Assembly (NCBI GenBank): GCA_016187515.1
Contig: JACPJN010000009.1
Coordinates: 132,891 to 196,890 of the forward strand
Direction: 5' to 3'
DNA from: Candidatus Uhrbacteria bacterium
Lineage (GTDB): Bacteria > Patescibacteriota > Patescibacteriia > GWA2-47-26
DNA: 64,000 nucleotides
Notes under the pieces: generated by a model
Databases searched by the model: none
Told to the model about the DNA's origin: nothing
The model's input: only the letters and a program-made list of their open reading frames with translations
Made by a program: the position numbers and the translations under genes
Shown: in pieces, positions 18,769-28,469 of the stretch
Layout of the letters: every line of letters begins with the position of its first letter
Numbering within the stretch: position 1 is the stretch's first letter

Positions 18769-19632
18769 CTACAGCCTTGGTTGCGGAAGAAATTGATTGA
18801 GATTCGCCTGAAAATAACGGTCCACTCCCAGCCACAAGGCGATTGCCCAGATCACGAGAATAATTCCGCCAACTTGTCGAATACGCGCCGAGGCGCGCGC
18901 AAATCCCTTGATGCGCAGCGTAAGCGCCCGGCCGCCGTAGCCGATTAAGAGCATGGGCACAGCCGCGCCAAGGCCGTAGGTGAAAAATAGCAAGCCGCTT
19001 TGGAATACATTCTGTGTATTTGCGGCAAAGGTGAGAATCGCGCCAAGAATCGGACCGGCGCACGGGGTCCACACCACGCCAAGGGTTGACCCAATTCCAA
19101 ACCCGCCCCAGAAGCCGTTGCCCCCTCCCCTCGCCCCTCCCACAGGTGGAGGGGAAATGTGGGATTGTTTTCCTCCCCTGATGGGAGGAAAATTTTCAAT
19201 TGTTTCCTCCCCCCTTGTGGGGGAGGATGAAGGAGGGGGGTTGCAACACGATCCACGCGCACTGATTTTCCTCCACACAAATGTCCCCCTCACCACCATC
19301 CACTCCCACAGCGCCGGCACGGCCAACGCCACCCCGAATAAAAACAAGAGCACAATAGAGGCCACGCGCAGCGTGCCTTTGGAAATTCCCAGTACATCCA
19401 GAAAAATCGCAAACGCCGTGCCAAAAATGGTAAACGTCACCACGAGTCCAGCCACAATTCCAAGCGGCCGCCACTTACTTGTGCCCAAAGAACCGCCCAA
19501 AATCGCCGGAAGCACCGGCAAAAGGCAAGGCGCGGCAACGGTCAGCACCCCGGCGGCAAAAGAAAGAGGGAGAAGAGAAAACACAAAATGACAATTTCTA
19601 ATTGACCTAATTGCTCTAATTATTCTAAACAA
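18769..19632 (-). CDS. CcdA/DsbD-family transmembrane thiol-disulfide transporter carrying a ~46-aa in-frame GC-rich insert
   Basis: AAPCLLPVLP and VWTPCAGPILG match CcdA Cys motifs. Insert encodes CCNPPPSSSPTRGEE...GGARGGGNGFWGG. Confidence 0.65.
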   Translation of the reverse strand: MFRIIRAIRSIRNCHFVFSLLPLSFAAGVLTVAAPCLLPVLPAILGGSLGTSKWRPLGIVAGLVVTFTIFGTAFAIFLDVLGISKGTLRVASIVLLFLFGVALAVPALWEWMVVRGTFVWRKISARGSCCNPPPSSSPTRGEETIENFPPIRGGKQSHISPPPVGGARGGGNGFWGGFGIGSTLGVVWTPCAGPILGAILTFAANTQNVFQSGLLFFTYGLGAAVPMLLIGYGGRALTLRIKGFARASARIRQVGGIILVIWAIALWLGVDRYFQANLNQFLPQPRL

Positions 19633-19750
19633 ATCTCAATTCCCAATAACCAATTTTGGGATTTTGCGCCTCAGGCGCATCCGCCTTGGGCGTGAGGTGC
19701 TTGGACATTTCTTAGGTCAATTAGGATAATTAGGTTAATTAGGTTAATTT
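19601..19750. repeat. AT-rich degenerate repeats (ctaattg / aattagg units, inverted arrangement)
   Basis: Direct read; promoter region of the ccdA-like gene. Confidence 0.7.
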
Positions 19751-20274
19751 TACAACACCTGCTGCACTTTCTGTCTCAACTCTTCTTCGGAGTGATCTCC
19801 GTAGAACCGATCCACGGGGTTTCCGCTTTTATCAAGCAACACATAACTATGCTGATAGTTGATGCGATACTGCCGCATGAGCGGCTGATTATCATCCACA
19901 TTTACCCGCACGCCCATCACGGCCAGATTATCCTGCCGGGCGCGATTAAAAAACGCTTCATTAATCGGCTCTTGCCCCCGGCAGGTTCCGCACCAGTTCG
20001 CATAAAAGTAGAGAAGCGTGGCGTTACCGCTCGCCAGCGCTGCACTCAATACTTCCGGCGTGTACTCTTTATAATTCTCGGTCGCGGTAAACGGAATTTT
20101 TGGCCCGCCCAGCGACGGCTCCCCTACCACGGTGGGTAAATCGGCCCCGGGTGTTCCCGCATAGGGCGCTGGAGGCGAATTTCCCCGAGAGGCCCAAACC
20201 ACTCCGCCAATCACAATCACCGCCAGCACTCCACCCACTGCATAAATTAGATTTTTTTGAATTTTAATCTCCAT
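19750..20274 (-). CDS. Thioredoxin-family thiol-disulfide oxidoreductase (TlpA/ResA-like, WCGTC)
   Basis: Signal anchor and the motif LYFYANWCGTCRGQEP. Confidence 0.7.
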   Translation of the reverse strand: MEIKIQKNLIYAVGGVLAVIVIGGVVWASRGNSPPAPYAGTPGADLPTVVGEPSLGGPKIPFTATENYKEYTPEVLSAALASGNATLLYFYANWCGTCRGQEPINEAFFNRARQDNLAVMGVRVNVDDNQPLMRQYRINYQHSYVLLDKSGNPVDRFYGDHSEEELRQKVQQVL

Positions 20275-20332
20275 AAGGAAAGTTATTGAGTTATTATGTT
20301 ATTAAGTTCAAAGTTCTCAATAACTTAATGAC

Positions 20333-21106
20333 TTAATGGCTAACCGCCACTCCATGCATCCCATCCGCCCCGGCGCCGCCATGAGTTTGGTGACCCAGCG
20401 CATCCACCCGACCAGTGGCCAAAAGATAATCCTCAATCACTCCTTTGGGATACCAAACTCCCTTCCACCTCTGCAATTCGCCTAAAATCTCTTCATCGGT
20501 GTATTGGCCTCCATATCCCTGTAAAATATGCTTGGCAATACTGCGATACGCTTTGGCATGACGGCAGCCGCAGTTATTAATGGCCGTAACCCGCGTAGGC
20601 CCGCCGCAACAGTAATCGCAAGTCATGGTGCTAACAATTTTTTCCCACCGCGTCTGAAGATCGCCGTTTAACTGAATCTGATCTTCAAACGGCTGCCAAG
20701 CGGCCAGCGCGCCAACCGGATCATCAAAACTGATCCCGGGCGGCGCGTAAAACGGCGTTCCGGTCGCGATCATCACTATTTTGGCCGCCTCCACCGCGTC
20801 CAGCCCCTTTGGTTCTGCCGGAACTTCGGTAATCGTGGGCTGTTTAACCACTGCAGTCGTTCGCCCATCCGGATTGATTTTTGTCGCGATAATTTCCCGC
20901 GCCGAAGCGCCTTGAGTGGTAAACAATGCTTTAATACTCTTCAGTGTATTTGAGGATCCCTGGGCCTTCGGCACCATCGCGCCAATCATAAATTGGTTGA
21001 CCGCCACAAGAATTGTAACTAGCCAAATGCCTAGTTTATAAGAAAGCTCATGACTCAACTGTTCTCCAATTTGCAATTTCATATATAGGTAATTTCCAAA
21101 TTCCAA
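20333..21106 (-). CDS. Hypothetical protein with Cys cluster (CDYCCGG...CGCRHAKA)
   Basis: ORF; real start may be the internal MKLQIGE. Confidence 0.35.
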   Translation of the reverse strand: MEFGNYLYMKLQIGEQLSHELSYKLGIWLVTILVAVNQFMIGAMVPKAQGSSNTLKSIKALFTTQGASAREIIATKINPDGRTTAVVKQPTITEVPAEPKGLDAVEAAKIVMIATGTPFYAPPGISFDDPVGALAAWQPFEDQIQLNGDLQTRWEKIVSTMTCDYCCGGPTRVTAINNCGCRHAKAYRSIAKHILQGYGGQYTDEEILGELQRWKGVWYPKGVIEDYLLATGRVDALGHQTHGGAGADGMHGVAVSH

Positions 21107-21230
21107 GCACCAAATTACAAGGAAATCCTAATCTCCAAATCACAAATTACAATTATTTGTAATTTGGAATTTGTGGTTTGGTATTTGTTTGTTTTTTGGG
21201 ATTTGTGATTTGTGATTTCTCAATTAGCAC
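21101..21230. repeat. AT-rich inverted/tandem repeats (caaattaca / tgtaatttg, tttgtgatttgtgattt)
   Basis: Direct read. Confidence 0.7.
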
Positions 21231-21454
21231 CCCCCTACCATTCCTTGCAGCCCTTGATGACCAGATCCGCCCGCGGCAGGCGCTGCCGCGGCTGATGCTG
21301 ATGTAGCCGATGCCGGACGCACGCTAACCGCGCCCTTCAACCGCGCGAGTTGAAAGGTCTGAAACCCGGCAATAACGGCGACAAGAATTAAAGCCCCAAT
21401 CTGCCAATTGATTTTAGGCAGTCGCAGTGTAATCGTATTCGGTGTATCTGACAT
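21224..21454 (-). CDS. Small membrane-anchored hypothetical protein
   Basis: ORF only. Confidence 0.25.
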   Translation of the reverse strand: MSDTPNTITLRLPKINWQIGALILVAVIAGFQTFQLARLKGAVSVRPASATSASAAAAPAAGGSGHQGLQGMVGGC

Positions 21455-21497
21455 ATGAGTTATAAAGTTATTGGTTATTAAGTTACTGGGTGATTAG

Positions 21498-22352
21498 CTA
21501 TTGGGTTGGTGGCACAGTAGGCGCTTGCGCCGGTGGTTCTGGTTTTACCACTTTTCCGGTTTTTAAATCATGGTAAACGCCCATGAGCTGCTGACCGGCC
21601 CGAAAGATGTGCGTCCCGTCCTTTTCCACCGTACCGACCTGCGTCCAGACCTGCTGAAATTGCGGATACTCGGCCAGGTCGCCGGAAATCAAAATGGTCG
21701 GGGCGCTGACAATCTTGTAGAGTGCGATCAAGCGCTGTCCTTCTCCTTCACCACGATCCACAAACTTTTCTTCCGAGGGAGTCATGGCCAATCCAGCGAG
21801 CGCCCGGCGATGCAGCGCCACATCATAACACTCCGCGCAGGATTTATCCGAGACATAGGTAACGCTGAATTTTCCCTTTACGGCTCCGGAGGGAACTTCG
21901 ATATAGGGAGCCGGGACATTACTGACGACCAACGTCCCATCCTCGGCCCGCTTGCCCAGATTCTCGATAAACGAGGGCTGATCAAAAACTTTTTCAATCT
22001 CTCCTCGGATCAGCACGGTTGGCACCCGAGTAATTCCGTATTGCTTAATCAAGGCAATCCCTTGATCGCTAGTATGCTCAAAGAATTCTTCCTTGCTGAT
22101 TTCCGCCCCGGGATTGCTCTTAATCGCCTCCACTACATTTTCAACCCTAAAACATTCTTTGCAATCCGTCGCGGTAAGTAGGACTAGTTCAATTTTGGCC
22201 GGCTTGGCGGCTTCCTCCGCCAAGAGTTTCTCTTGTGCAACTTTATTTTGCGCGCGATATAACATTGCCGCGTTTACCGCCATAATCCCCCCGACCACCA
22301 GAAAAAGGGTTAGATGAACGGCGGTTTTTCTTGAAATGTGTGTGATACGCAT
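21498..22352 (-). CDS. Membrane-anchored protein with two CxxC motifs (CKEC, CAEC), putative tandem thioredoxin-like disulfide oxidoreductase
   Basis: TATDCKECF and SDKSCAECYD; N-terminal TM. Confidence 0.45.
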   Translation of the reverse strand: MRITHISRKTAVHLTLFLVVGGIMAVNAAMLYRAQNKVAQEKLLAEEAAKPAKIELVLLTATDCKECFRVENVVEAIKSNPGAEISKEEFFEHTSDQGIALIKQYGITRVPTVLIRGEIEKVFDQPSFIENLGKRAEDGTLVVSNVPAPYIEVPSGAVKGKFSVTYVSDKSCAECYDVALHRRALAGLAMTPSEEKFVDRGEGEGQRLIALYKIVSAPTILISGDLAEYPQFQQVWTQVGTVEKDGTHIFRAGQQLMGVYHDLKTGKVVKPEPPAQAPTVPPTQ

Positions 22353-22369
22353 AGTAGAGAATCAATAAA

Positions 22370-23260
22370 TTAAAATTGCGATGGCATTAAGGATGCCGCC
22401 CCATAAGTCGGCGGGTTCGCGCAAGAACGCACTGCCGCTCCCGCGCAGGTACTCAAATTGCTCTTCGGCGCCTCCGGACGCGAAAGCAGCAGCGCCATCG
22501 AGACCAGCATTGCGCCGGAAAGGAATACAAAACTTTTTGGAATCACTAATTTCATTTCCCATTGCGGATTGATAATTCGCTCAATTCGTTCATAAATTGC
22601 CGAAGCAAACGCGGCGCGCCCGTCTAATGCCTCGGGAGTATAGGTAACGTGCAAGAGTGCCCGGCCAAGATTTTCCCGATCCGGGACGGTTTTATCGGCC
22701 GCGATTTCCGCGGCCGTGCGATAAGCGGAAATAAGCGCACGCAATACCGGCACGAAAAAATACATTCGCTGCAGTAGCTCCAGGATTAGGAATCGCAAAG
22801 GATCCCGGCGCTGGACATGATACTCTTCATGGATGAGCATCGCGCTAATCTCCGTACTCGGCAATAGCTTAACGCAATGGCGGCACACCGCGATTTTTGG
22901 AAAAATAAATCCAAAAGTAAACGCGCCGCAACAATCGCCATCCTGGAGATAAAATCCTACTCCCGCAAGCGAGGACTGCTCTTGCTTTTTAAGCTCCAGC
23001 GCCATTCTCCGGGTTCGCAGATAGGTTGCCAAAAGATATACTAAAGCCGCTATAAAACCAACCGCGAAAACACCGGCAATTCCAACCGTAAGCCAGCTTG
23101 AAAAATTCATCGCGGTTCCGGCCAGGCAGGCGCAGCTTTCCTCGGTCTGCCGTGCGTTCCAGATATTTTTGACTGCTCCAATGGTAAACCACTCGGCCAC
23201 AAAAAGTGTAACAACCACTGCGGTAATGCCACGGGTGAGATTTTTTTTAGTAATCCTCAT
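22370..23260 (-). CDS. BlaR1/M56-family membrane metallopeptidase (signal transducer)
   Basis: HExxH-type motif IHEEYHVQRRDPL in a multi-TM protein. Confidence 0.7.
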   Translation of the reverse strand: MRITKKNLTRGITAVVVTLFVAEWFTIGAVKNIWNARQTEESCACLAGTAMNFSSWLTVGIAGVFAVGFIAALVYLLATYLRTRRMALELKKQEQSSLAGVGFYLQDGDCCGAFTFGFIFPKIAVCRHCVKLLPSTEISAMLIHEEYHVQRRDPLRFLILELLQRMYFFVPVLRALISAYRTAAEIAADKTVPDRENLGRALLHVTYTPEALDGRAAFASAIYERIERIINPQWEMKLVIPKSFVFLSGAMLVSMALLLSRPEAPKSNLSTCAGAAVRSCANPPTYGAASLMPSQF

Positions 23261-23282
23261 ATAAGGGATAGTAAGCGGCGCT

Positions 23283-23678
23283 TCAGCGTTTTTGCAGTCG
23301 CCGCTCCAGTGCTCTCATCTGTTCCGGATCAACTTTTTCAAGCGCGTCCACGAATTGCGCGACCGCGATAGATCCTAAATTCCGAATCAGTTGCGAGAAA
23401 AGCGCGTTACTGGTCTTGGCATAAAACTCCTCCCGACTATAGCAAGGACGGTAAAGATAGCGGCCGTTTTGCAATTCCTCTCGGCAAAGATAACCTTTCT
23501 CCACCATGCGCAGCATCACCGTCATTACCGTAGTATAGGCCAAACTCCGGCGCGAAGTTACGACGGCAACCACTTCCCGTCCGGTCCCTTTTCCTAGTTT
23601 CCAAAGCGCCTGAAGAATCAGCTCTTCCAGCTCACCCAGCACTTTTCCCTTGCGCTCCACAATTCCCCGCAAACTCAT
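23283..23678 (-). CDS. BlaI/MecI/CopY-family transcriptional repressor
   Basis: Winged-helix core LELILQALWKLGKGTGREVV...LAYTTVMTVMLRMVEKGYL. Confidence 0.8.
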   Translation of the reverse strand: MSLRGIVERKGKVLGELEELILQALWKLGKGTGREVVAVVTSRRSLAYTTVMTVMLRMVEKGYLCREELQNGRYLYRPCYSREEFYAKTSNALFSQLIRNLGSIAVAQFVDALEKVDPEQMRALERRLQKR

Positions 23679-23761
23679 AAAAGTAGTGGTTTATTAAGAT
23701 TACTACATTATGTAGTTTAAAATATATGCCGTCAAGCGATGGCTGTGGATAACCTTATAAC

Positions 23762-24580
23762 TCAAGTGATGTCGTGCTGATGCTCTCCCCAAGAGCAAAA
23801 TCCGCACTGACTATGATGCGCCGGCGACTGATCGCTCTGCAGTAGTCGAGCGGCGTTTTCGAATAATTGCCGAGCGCGCTTTATACTGGTTTCCATCCGT
23901 TTGGGCGTTATTTCAAACTGCACGACTCCATTCTCGCGCACTTCAATCGGGTGATAATACACTAACCATCCCACTCCTTTGGTTTTATAACCATTCTCGT
24001 GCAAAAGCCACTCGTAAATATCTAACTGGTGCTGATAAAATCCGGAAGAATCCTCTTTTGGCGCGTACCCGCGGGTTTTGTAATCAAGCGGTACGTAATA
24101 GCGTGCCAAATTCCTTTTACTGCTCCCCTCTCCCCCGTGTGGGAGAGGGCTAGGGTGAGGGGATTCAGTAACCACCAAACAATCATCCAAAAGTCCGATG
24201 AGTTTCGTGTTGAGTTTTTTATCAAAATAGCGCAGACCACCAGTGCGCGCGCGCCAGCCATTCAGTAATTTCTGGTCAGCGAGCAGCTTCCCCTCCACTT
24301 TTCCGCGGATTTCCGGCGGTAACCCTTCCTTTGTTCCGCGAAACTTATCAAAGTAAGTTTTTATAACACCATCCATTCCTCCCGGAAGTGAAGGGAAAAT
24401 GGTTTTTGGACGATGCACGCCCATTTTAAGCTGTAACCAAAAACACCGCGGACATTCTTTAAAAAGCGAGAGCGTGGAGGCGGAAAGCTGGATAAATCGT
24501 CCAACCTCACGGTCATTGCGAGGAGCTTTCATTGCTCCGCCAAGCGGTAACCTTCCATTCGTTCCCATAGGGTTATTCAT
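23762..24580 (-). CDS. PD-(D/E)XK nuclease superfamily protein with Cys cluster (Cas4/RecB-like fold), carries in-frame palindromic insert
   Basis: N-terminal CPRCFW; LLDDCLVV...VPLDYK fits D...ExK; C-terminal CGFCSW. Insert encodes SPHPSPLPHGGEGSS. Confidence 0.5.
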   Translation of the reverse strand: MNNPMGTNGRLPLGGAMKAPRNDREVGRFIQLSASTLSLFKECPRCFWLQLKMGVHRPKTIFPSLPGGMDGVIKTYFDKFRGTKEGLPPEIRGKVEGKLLADQKLLNGWRARTGGLRYFDKKLNTKLIGLLDDCLVVTESPHPSPLPHGGEGSSKRNLARYYVPLDYKTRGYAPKEDSSGFYQHQLDIYEWLLHENGYKTKGVGWLVYYHPIEVRENGVVQFEITPKRMETSIKRARQLFENAARLLQSDQSPAHHSQCGFCSWGEHQHDIT

Positions 24581-24752
24581 CCTCGTTTTCAGCGTTCTTT
24601 TCGCCTTCCTCCTCGCCGCCTCGGCGATGCTCTCCGTCCTCGCAATTACACTCCGTAAGCTCCTCGGCGTAAAACGGGCACTCTTCGGCCTTACACATGC
24701 CGGGCATCTCGGAGACGCCTCCGCATCCGCCGGTGCAAATAAAATGGGACAT
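24573..24752 (-). CDS. Small acidic Cys-rich protein (59 aa; not in ORF track)
   Basis: My translation: MSHFICTGGCGGVSEMPGMCKAEECPFYAEELTECNCEDGEHRRGGEEEGEKNAENEDE. Confidence 0.3.
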   Translation of the reverse strand: MSHFICTGGCGGVSEMPGMCKAEECPFYAEELTECNCEDGEHRRGGEEEGEKNAENEDE

Positions 24753-24821
24753 AGTTGTTAAATTATGAATTACGAATCATGAATTATGGACGAGGGACAA
24801 ATTCAAGCGGATAGCGCTGAA

Positions 24822-24895
24822 CTGGCTGCGGGACTAGGATTCGAACCTAGATAGGCAGGTCCAGAACCTGCTGTCCTACCATTAGACGATCCCGC
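24822..24895 (-). tRNA. tRNA-Gln(CTG), 74 nt, CCA encoded
   Basis: Reverse complement TGCGGGATCGTCTAATGGTAGGACAGCAGGTTCTGGACCTGCC...GGTTCGAATCCTAGTCCCGCAGCCA. Anticodon loop TTCTGGA. Confidence 0.85.
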
Positions 24896-24900
24896 ATCAT

Positions 24901-26103
24901 CTATTGCGTAGGTATATACTGCCATGGATTAAGCCACTGGTCAAGTTCTGTTTTTGATTTCACATATCCACGAAGATCCAGACGCGTACCTTTATGAATT
25001 CCGAAGTGCAGGTGTTTGCGCTCGCCATCGGTCTCGCTCGTGCCACCCGCACCCAACACACCAATTATGTCACCGGGCGCAACATATTCACCTACGCCCT
25101 CTTTCTCCCCCTCCTGGAAAGGGCTCTCCCCTTTTTTCTCCCCCTCTCCCCTTGTGGGAGAGGGCGGGGGTGAGGGGTCAATTTTCAAATGCCCATACAC
25201 CACCGTAACCGCTTGATCACCGAGCACGCACTCCTGCACTACTACTCCCCCATAGCCATCCGCAGTGCGTTTTTCACGGATCGTCCCACCACAGAACGCG
25301 CGCACCTCCACGTCCCGATCCTTTTCTTCATCCGACACTTCAAAATCCACCGCAGTATGGTAACCGGAAAAACGTTCGGGCTGCACCGGAGAATTTTCTG
25401 GAGCAACTTTCAGTCCAAACGGCTTTTTGGTAACGCGCGCGGCGGCACGATCGATCGGCGCACTGAAACTCACGCGATCATTGTGGAATTGAATGCTTTG
25501 GAAAAATTTTTCAAACTCCTCTTTGGGGAGATCTGGATTGCGTCCGAACACGTAAAATACGCCCGGACTGTTCTTTGCGAAGCGCACATCCGTAACCTCA
25601 TGAGTTTCATTTCGCCAGGACGGCTGATATGGAAAATCCGCTACCCCTTTTTTCTTACGAATCGTGTAGCGCACGGCAGCGTGTCCCTGCGCTTCCAACT
25701 GTGCGCGCTCCAAAATATCCACGGTACGCAGGGTAAGAAAATCGCTCGCCTCAAAATAACGGATAAAAATCTGGGAAAGCTCCCGCGCGGGCATTGCCGC
25801 CTGCACCGGTCCATAGATATTCAGCGCTTCAATCTCCGGCACATATTCCGCCTGCCATGTACTCGGAAGCTCGGCGGAAAATCGAAACACCGGATTAAAC
25901 TCCGAAAAATCTACTCGAATTAAAGCAGACGATTGTTCTCGTGTCGCTTCTTCACTCTCCGGCAATTGTCCCAAATTCTCACGGCCGTGAGAATTTGGGA
26001 CAATTAGAACTGGGGTTGTAGTGGTTTTCCCTTGCTCTTGTGGCTGCCCCGCACAGCCAGACCCGAGCAAAATAATGACTATAAAAAGTAAAATAAATCT
26101 CAT
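24901..26103 (-). CDS. M23-family metallopeptidase lipoprotein with in-frame GC-rich insert
   Basis: Lipobox GSGCAG; M23 HxH (HLHFGIH). Insert encodes SPPPSPTRGEGEKKGESPFQEGEKEGVGE. Confidence 0.8.
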   Translation of the reverse strand: MRFILLFIVIILLGSGCAGQPQEQGKTTTTPVLIVPNSHGRENLGQLPESEEATREQSSALIRVDFSEFNPVFRFSAELPSTWQAEYVPEIEALNIYGPVQAAMPARELSQIFIRYFEASDFLTLRTVDILERAQLEAQGHAAVRYTIRKKKGVADFPYQPSWRNETHEVTDVRFAKNSPGVFYVFGRNPDLPKEEFEKFFQSIQFHNDRVSFSAPIDRAAARVTKKPFGLKVAPENSPVQPERFSGYHTAVDFEVSDEEKDRDVEVRAFCGGTIREKRTADGYGGVVVQECVLGDQAVTVVYGHLKIDPSPPPSPTRGEGEKKGESPFQEGEKEGVGEYVAPGDIIGVLGAGGTSETDGERKHLHFGIHKGTRLDLRGYVKSKTELDQWLNPWQYIPTQ

Positions 26104-26777
26104 AAAAATTTCTTTAGTTGTTTTTTATTAATCGCGCCCTCCCGCAGTATCTTGGGAGGACTCACCGTAAGATCCAGTACCGTGGAAGGCACTCGGACTG
26201 AAGTGGAACCGGCATCCAACACCAGGTCTACGCGCCTAAGCAAAGCCCGTGAAATATCGGAAACGCGCGTGGGTGGCTTCTCGCCGGAAAAATTTGCCGA
26301 GGGCGCGGCCAGCGGACCGGCCGCGCGAATGAGCGCCAGCGCCACCTTGTGCGCCGGCATCCGCACCGCCACTGTTTTCACCCTCCCCTTCGGTTGAATA
26401 AAAAGTTCCATACTTGGAACTATGGAACTATTTAATTTACCCAATACTAAATCCGGAAGAGCTTTTTGCGCATGAAACACAAGAGTCAAAGGTCCTGACC
26501 AAAATTTACGCACAAGCGCACGCGCCACGCTTGGCACATCACGCGCGAGTATATCAATCGTGGATTTTTTTGATATATGCACAATCAGCGGCTTTTTTTC
26601 CGGCCGCCCTTTTATTTTAAAAATCTTCCGCACCGCGCGGGCATTAAACGCATCCGCCCCCAGCCCATACACCGTCTCGGTCGGAAAAACCACCAACCCG
26701 CCGCGGCGAATAATTTCCGCCGCATGCGCAATCACCTTCGAATCCGGCCTTTGCGCCGATATTTTTACAATCTTCAT
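26100..26777 (-). CDS. tsaC: L-threonylcarbamoyladenylate synthase (YrdC/TsaC domain) with short in-frame palindromic insert
   Basis: VVFPTETVYGLGADAFNARAVRKIFKIKGRPEKKPLIVHI. Insert encodes [11 protein letters not shown]. Confidence 0.8.
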   Translation of the reverse strand: MKIVKISAQRPDSKVIAHAAEIIRRGGLVVFPTETVYGLGADAFNARAVRKIFKIKGRPEKKPLIVHISKKSTIDILARDVPSVARALVRKFWSGPLTLVFHAQKALPDLVLGKLNSSIVPSMELFIQPKGRVKTVAVRMPAHKVALALIRAAGPLAAPSANFSGEKPPTRVSDISRALLRRVDLVLDAGSTSVRVPSTVLDLTVSPPKILREGAINKKQLKKFL

Positions 26778-26779
26778 AT

Positions 26780-26900
26780 CAGTCCCCTCCCCTTAGATTA
26801 AGTGGGGTTGGGTGGGGTTACGCCTGACCGCTTGCCTGCTTGTCCGCCTCTGGCGGGCCTTTGGCACGGCCTCTGGAGGGAAACGGAGAACAGAACTTAT
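26780..26900. repeat. GC-rich mosaic palindromic element, intergenic
   Basis: cccctccccttagattaagtggggttgggtgggg plus gtccgcctctggcggg, shared with the 29290-29320 element. Confidence 0.7.
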
Positions 26901-27784
26901 ATCAATGGCACCGTATCGGAAATATCCTGCTGATTGGGAAATTCCGTTCTCAACCGTTCAATATCGGCTGGATTCATGGTCCATCCGACTGCTCCGAGAT
27001 TTTCCTTCAAATGCTCAATCGCGGTCGTCTTGGCCAGCGTCACAATACCCGGCTGTGAAATAAGCCAATTAATTGCGATTTGTGCGGGCGTCTTGCCATA
27101 CTTAATACACATTTCGTCAAGCACTGGAGTACCCGGCTTGGTGAGCGCCCCTTTCTCAACCGGACGCCAGGCAATAAACATAATGTCGTGTGCCTGACAA
27201 TATTGAATTAACCCCTTTCGCTCCGGCTCTCGGAATATCAAATTATAGTGAACTTGATTGGCGACAATTTTATTTTTAGTATATGATTGGGCCTCTTCAA
27301 TACGCTCTTTACTAAAATTACTAACCCCGATGTGGCGGATCAAGCCAGAATCTAAAAGCGTATCCAACGCCCGCATGGTTTCCCGAATTGGAATCTCGGG
27401 ATTCGGCGCGTGGATAAGATACAAATCCAAATATGCTGTCCCCAATCGCTCCCGGCTCGCGCGTGCCGCCTTTATCACGTCATCATAGCGCAAATGTTCG
27501 TCAGATACTTTAGAGACAATAAAGAGATTACCGCGGTCCTGGCCCTTAATTGCCTCACCCGCAAGGCGCTCCGCATGCCCGTCCGCGTAACTTTCCGCAG
27601 TATCAATATGAGTTACTCCCCAATCTATCGCGACACGAATCGCCGCGATATCAGCCGCATCGTTATTTTCCGGATTACGCTCAAATCGCCCGCCCATTTG
27701 CCAGGTCCCAATTCCAAACACCGGCATTTCAAAACCACTCTTTAATTTTTTTGTCGGTATTGTCATATTGAATCTATTCTCCAA
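26897..27784 (-). CDS. Aldo/keto reductase
   Basis: GIGTWQMGG, IDTAESYADGHAE and IGVSNFS are AKR signatures. Confidence 0.85.
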   Translation of the reverse strand: MENRFNMTIPTKKLKSGFEMPVFGIGTWQMGGRFERNPENNDAADIAAIRVAIDWGVTHIDTAESYADGHAERLAGEAIKGQDRGNLFIVSKVSDEHLRYDDVIKAARASRERLGTAYLDLYLIHAPNPEIPIRETMRALDTLLDSGLIRHIGVSNFSKERIEEAQSYTKNKIVANQVHYNLIFREPERKGLIQYCQAHDIMFIAWRPVEKGALTKPGTPVLDEMCIKYGKTPAQIAINWLISQPGIVTLAKTTAIEHLKENLGAVGWTMNPADIERLRTEFPNQQDISDTVPLI

Positions 27785-27820
27785 TTCCCTCCCAAGGCGG
27801 GCAAGCGCGCCTGGAGATCA

Positions 27821-28459
27821 TCATTTTTTAATTTTGTTGAGACAGTGGCTGATTGAGGCGCGCAATTGAGCGCGCATGGTTTTATCACGCAGAATATGGA
27901 TAATGCTGGGGAGCACGGAAAGAAAAATAATCCCGACAATGATGGGCAGAAGATAGCGGTCGATATTGGGAACTACGCTGCCAAGGAAAAAGCCGAGCAT
28001 ACTCATGCCGATGGCCCAGAGCGCGCCGCCGATCACGTTGTACATAAAAAACGTGGAATAACGCATAACTCCAACACCCGCGATAATCGGCGCGAAAGTA
28101 CGCACAATGGGCATAAAGCGCGCCAGAATTATGGTCTTGCCGCCATGCGCTTCATAAAACCGGTGCGCACGCTCAAGATGATCCTTGTGAAACCAAAATG
28201 AATTCTCGCGCTTAAAAATCGCCGGGCCGACTCGTCGGCCAAACGCGTAACCAACGCCATCCCCGGCGACCGCGCATATAAAACTCCCCAGAGCAAGTAC
28301 CCAGATATTTAAAAATCCTTGCGAAGCCAAAAACCCGGCGGTAAACAGCAAACTGTCGCCCGGAAAGAAAAAACCAATCAGCAGTCCGGACTCCGCAAAC
28401 ACAATCCCAAACACCCCAAAATACCCCGCGGCTTTAATCAGTGAGATAAGATCAAACAT
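27821..28459 (-). CDS. DedA-family membrane protein
   Basis: GFFFPGDSLLFTAGFLA matches the DedA/SNARE-associated motif. Confidence 0.8.
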   Translation of the reverse strand: MFDLISLIKAAGYFGVFGIVFAESGLLIGFFFPGDSLLFTAGFLASQGFLNIWVLALGSFICAVAGDGVGYAFGRRVGPAIFKRENSFWFHKDHLERAHRFYEAHGGKTIILARFMPIVRTFAPIIAGVGVMRYSTFFMYNVIGGALWAIGMSMLGFFLGSVVPNIDRYLLPIIVGIIFLSVLPSIIHILRDKTMRAQLRASISHCLNKIKK

Positions 28460-28469
28460 ATCTGTAAAA

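Noticed and set aside
22362-22562. Small ORFs nested in or overlapping blaR1, gpsA, pilT and similar genes (for example 22362..22562, 7459..7641, 33535..33732)
   Set aside because: They lie entirely within better-supported genes in other frames, and their translations show no coding features.
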